Sequence record: DRR378314_69
Strand: one strand, 5' to 3'
Length of the DNA stretch: 41,442 bases
The translations under genes and the position numbers were made by a program. The notes under the pieces are model-generated. The model ran no database searches. It had not been told where the DNA came from and saw only the letters and a program-made list of their open reading frames with translations. This document shows, one piece after another, positions 40,217 to 41,442 of this stretch (position 1 is its first letter; each line of letters opens with the position of its first letter).

Positions 40217-41386
40217 ATGGCAACAAAAACTATTTTACTTAAATCGCTCACTGCGGCTGCTGTTTTGAGTGCGCTTAGTACTGGTGCACACGCTGCAAAA
40301 TTAGGCGACACAAATGTCAGCTACGGTGGCTATGTCAAACTTGATGCGATGTGGAGTGATTATTCAGACGGCGTACCTGCCGGTGGAAGTATTGGTCGTG
40401 ATTTTTATGTACCTGGCACAACTCCCGTAGGCTCAGGTGTTGACAGTGATGCAGTATTTGATATGCATGCCCGTCAATCTCGCTTCTTTTTTGGTACTGG
40501 GACCAAGCTTGATAACGGCAAAGAAATAAAAACTAAAATTGAGATCGACTTTATCGCCTCAGCCCCAGGCGGCAATGAGCGAGTCAGTAACTCATATGCA
40601 CCTCGTATTCGCCAAGCGTTTATCACCTACGACGGCTGGTTGTTTGGTCAAGCGTGGTCAAACTTTCAAAACGTGGGGGCTTTGCCTGAAACACTTGACT
40701 TTGTAGGCCCAGCTGAAGGCACAGTGTTTGTGCGCCAAGCTCAAGCGCGGTATACATCAGGTAATTTTTCATTCTCAATTGAAAATCCAGAAAGCACAAT
40801 AACTGACGTGGGCGGCGCACGTGTTGCTACGGATGATGCCTCTCTACCCGACTTTACTGCACGCTACACAATGAACGCTGATTGGGGCCAATTTGTAGTA
40901 ACAGGCCTTGCTCGCCAATTAACTTATAAACAAAATGGTATTGATGCTGATGAAACTTCGTTTGGTATTAGCGCATCAGGTAAGGTTAACATGGGTAAAA
41001 ACAACCTTAAATTTATGCTAACCCAGGGGCAAGGGTTAGGCCGTTATGTTGGCTTAAACGCAGCACATGGCGCTGTTCTCGATGGTAACAACGACTTAGA
41101 TGCCATTGATTCAACCTCTGGTTTTATTGCTTACCAACAACACTGGAACAGTCAGTGGCGCTCTACGTTCTTATATTCTTTTTTCTCGGCTGATAATAAC
41201 AAAGATTTATTAGTTGTTTCTGGAAACCCAACAAAAGCAAGCCAAAGTTATAGCGCAAACTTACTTTATTCACCGATTAAAAAACTTACCTTCGGGGCTG
41301 AATTCAAACATGCTGAGCGTGAAGTAGAAAGTGGAAGCGACGGAGATATGAAGCGCTTACAGTTTTCTGTTAAGTACGCATTTTAA
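40217..41386 (+). CDS. DcaP family outer-membrane porin
   Basis: Signal peptide (AHA); GGYVKLDA, ARQSRF, PRIRQAF, GQAWSNF and PETLDFVG motifs; C-terminal Phe (KYAF). Confidence 0.88.
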   Translation: MATKTILLKSLTAAAVLSALSTGAHAAKLGDTNVSYGGYVKLDAMWSDYSDGVPAGGSIGRDFYVPGTTPVGSGVDSDAVFDMHARQSRFFFGTGTKLDNGKEIKTKIEIDFIASAPGGNERVSNSYAPRIRQAFITYDGWLFGQAWSNFQNVGALPETLDFVGPAEGTVFVRQAQARYTSGNFSFSIENPESTITDVGGARVATDDASLPDFTARYTMNADWGQFVVTGLARQLTYKQNGIDADETSFGISASGKVNMGKNNLKFMLTQGQGLGRYVGLNAAHGAVLDGNNDLDAIDSTSGFIAYQQHWNSQWRSTFLYSFFSADNNKDLLVVSGNPTKASQSYSANLLYSPIKKLTFGAEFKHAEREVESGSDGDMKRLQFSVKYAF

Positions 41387-41415
41387 ATTTACCAATTCTT
41401 TCCTAGTCCTATCCT

Positions 41416-41442
41416 AAAGCGACCTATGGTCGCTTTTATTTT
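41416..41442 (+). terminator. Terminator of the porin gene
   Basis: AAAGCGACC-TAT-GGTCGCTTTTATTTT. Confidence 0.85.

Overview
A low-GC gammaproteobacterial chromosome segment, most consistent with Pseudoalteromonas/Alteromonadales (inferred from gene content and protein style). From left to right it holds: four tandem small secreted EF-hand proteins; a secreted YtcJ-like amidohydrolase; a YgjV-like membrane protein divergent from a Crp/Fnr regulator; a phosphoribosyltransferase; pepB; the sfsA-dksA-gluQ-pcnB-folK-panB-panC block, interrupted by a lipoprotein Ntn-hydrolase acylase and its AraC regulator; a Cys-rich lipoprotein; phoB-phoR-pstS with Pho boxes; epd-pgk-fba; and an acetate-utilisation cluster (DEDDh nuclease, DUF294 nucleotidyltransferase, actP, DUF4212, crbS, DUF2339, purU, crbR, acs, DcaP-like porin). 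I saw no rRNA, tRNA, CRISPR array or transposase. The most striking unexplained signal is in the fba-phoB spacer: 11 GATC sites, six of which begin copies of an 18-bp motif GATC-N7-TACYAA(C/G). Three copies run forward and three reverse at about 31-bp spacing, an iteron-like architecture with no adjacent rep gene. Other notable items are the EF-hand quartet, the DUF294/DEDDh pair, an AUU start for pcnB and a fully structured pgk-fba spacer. All calls come from reading the sequence; no database searches were run.
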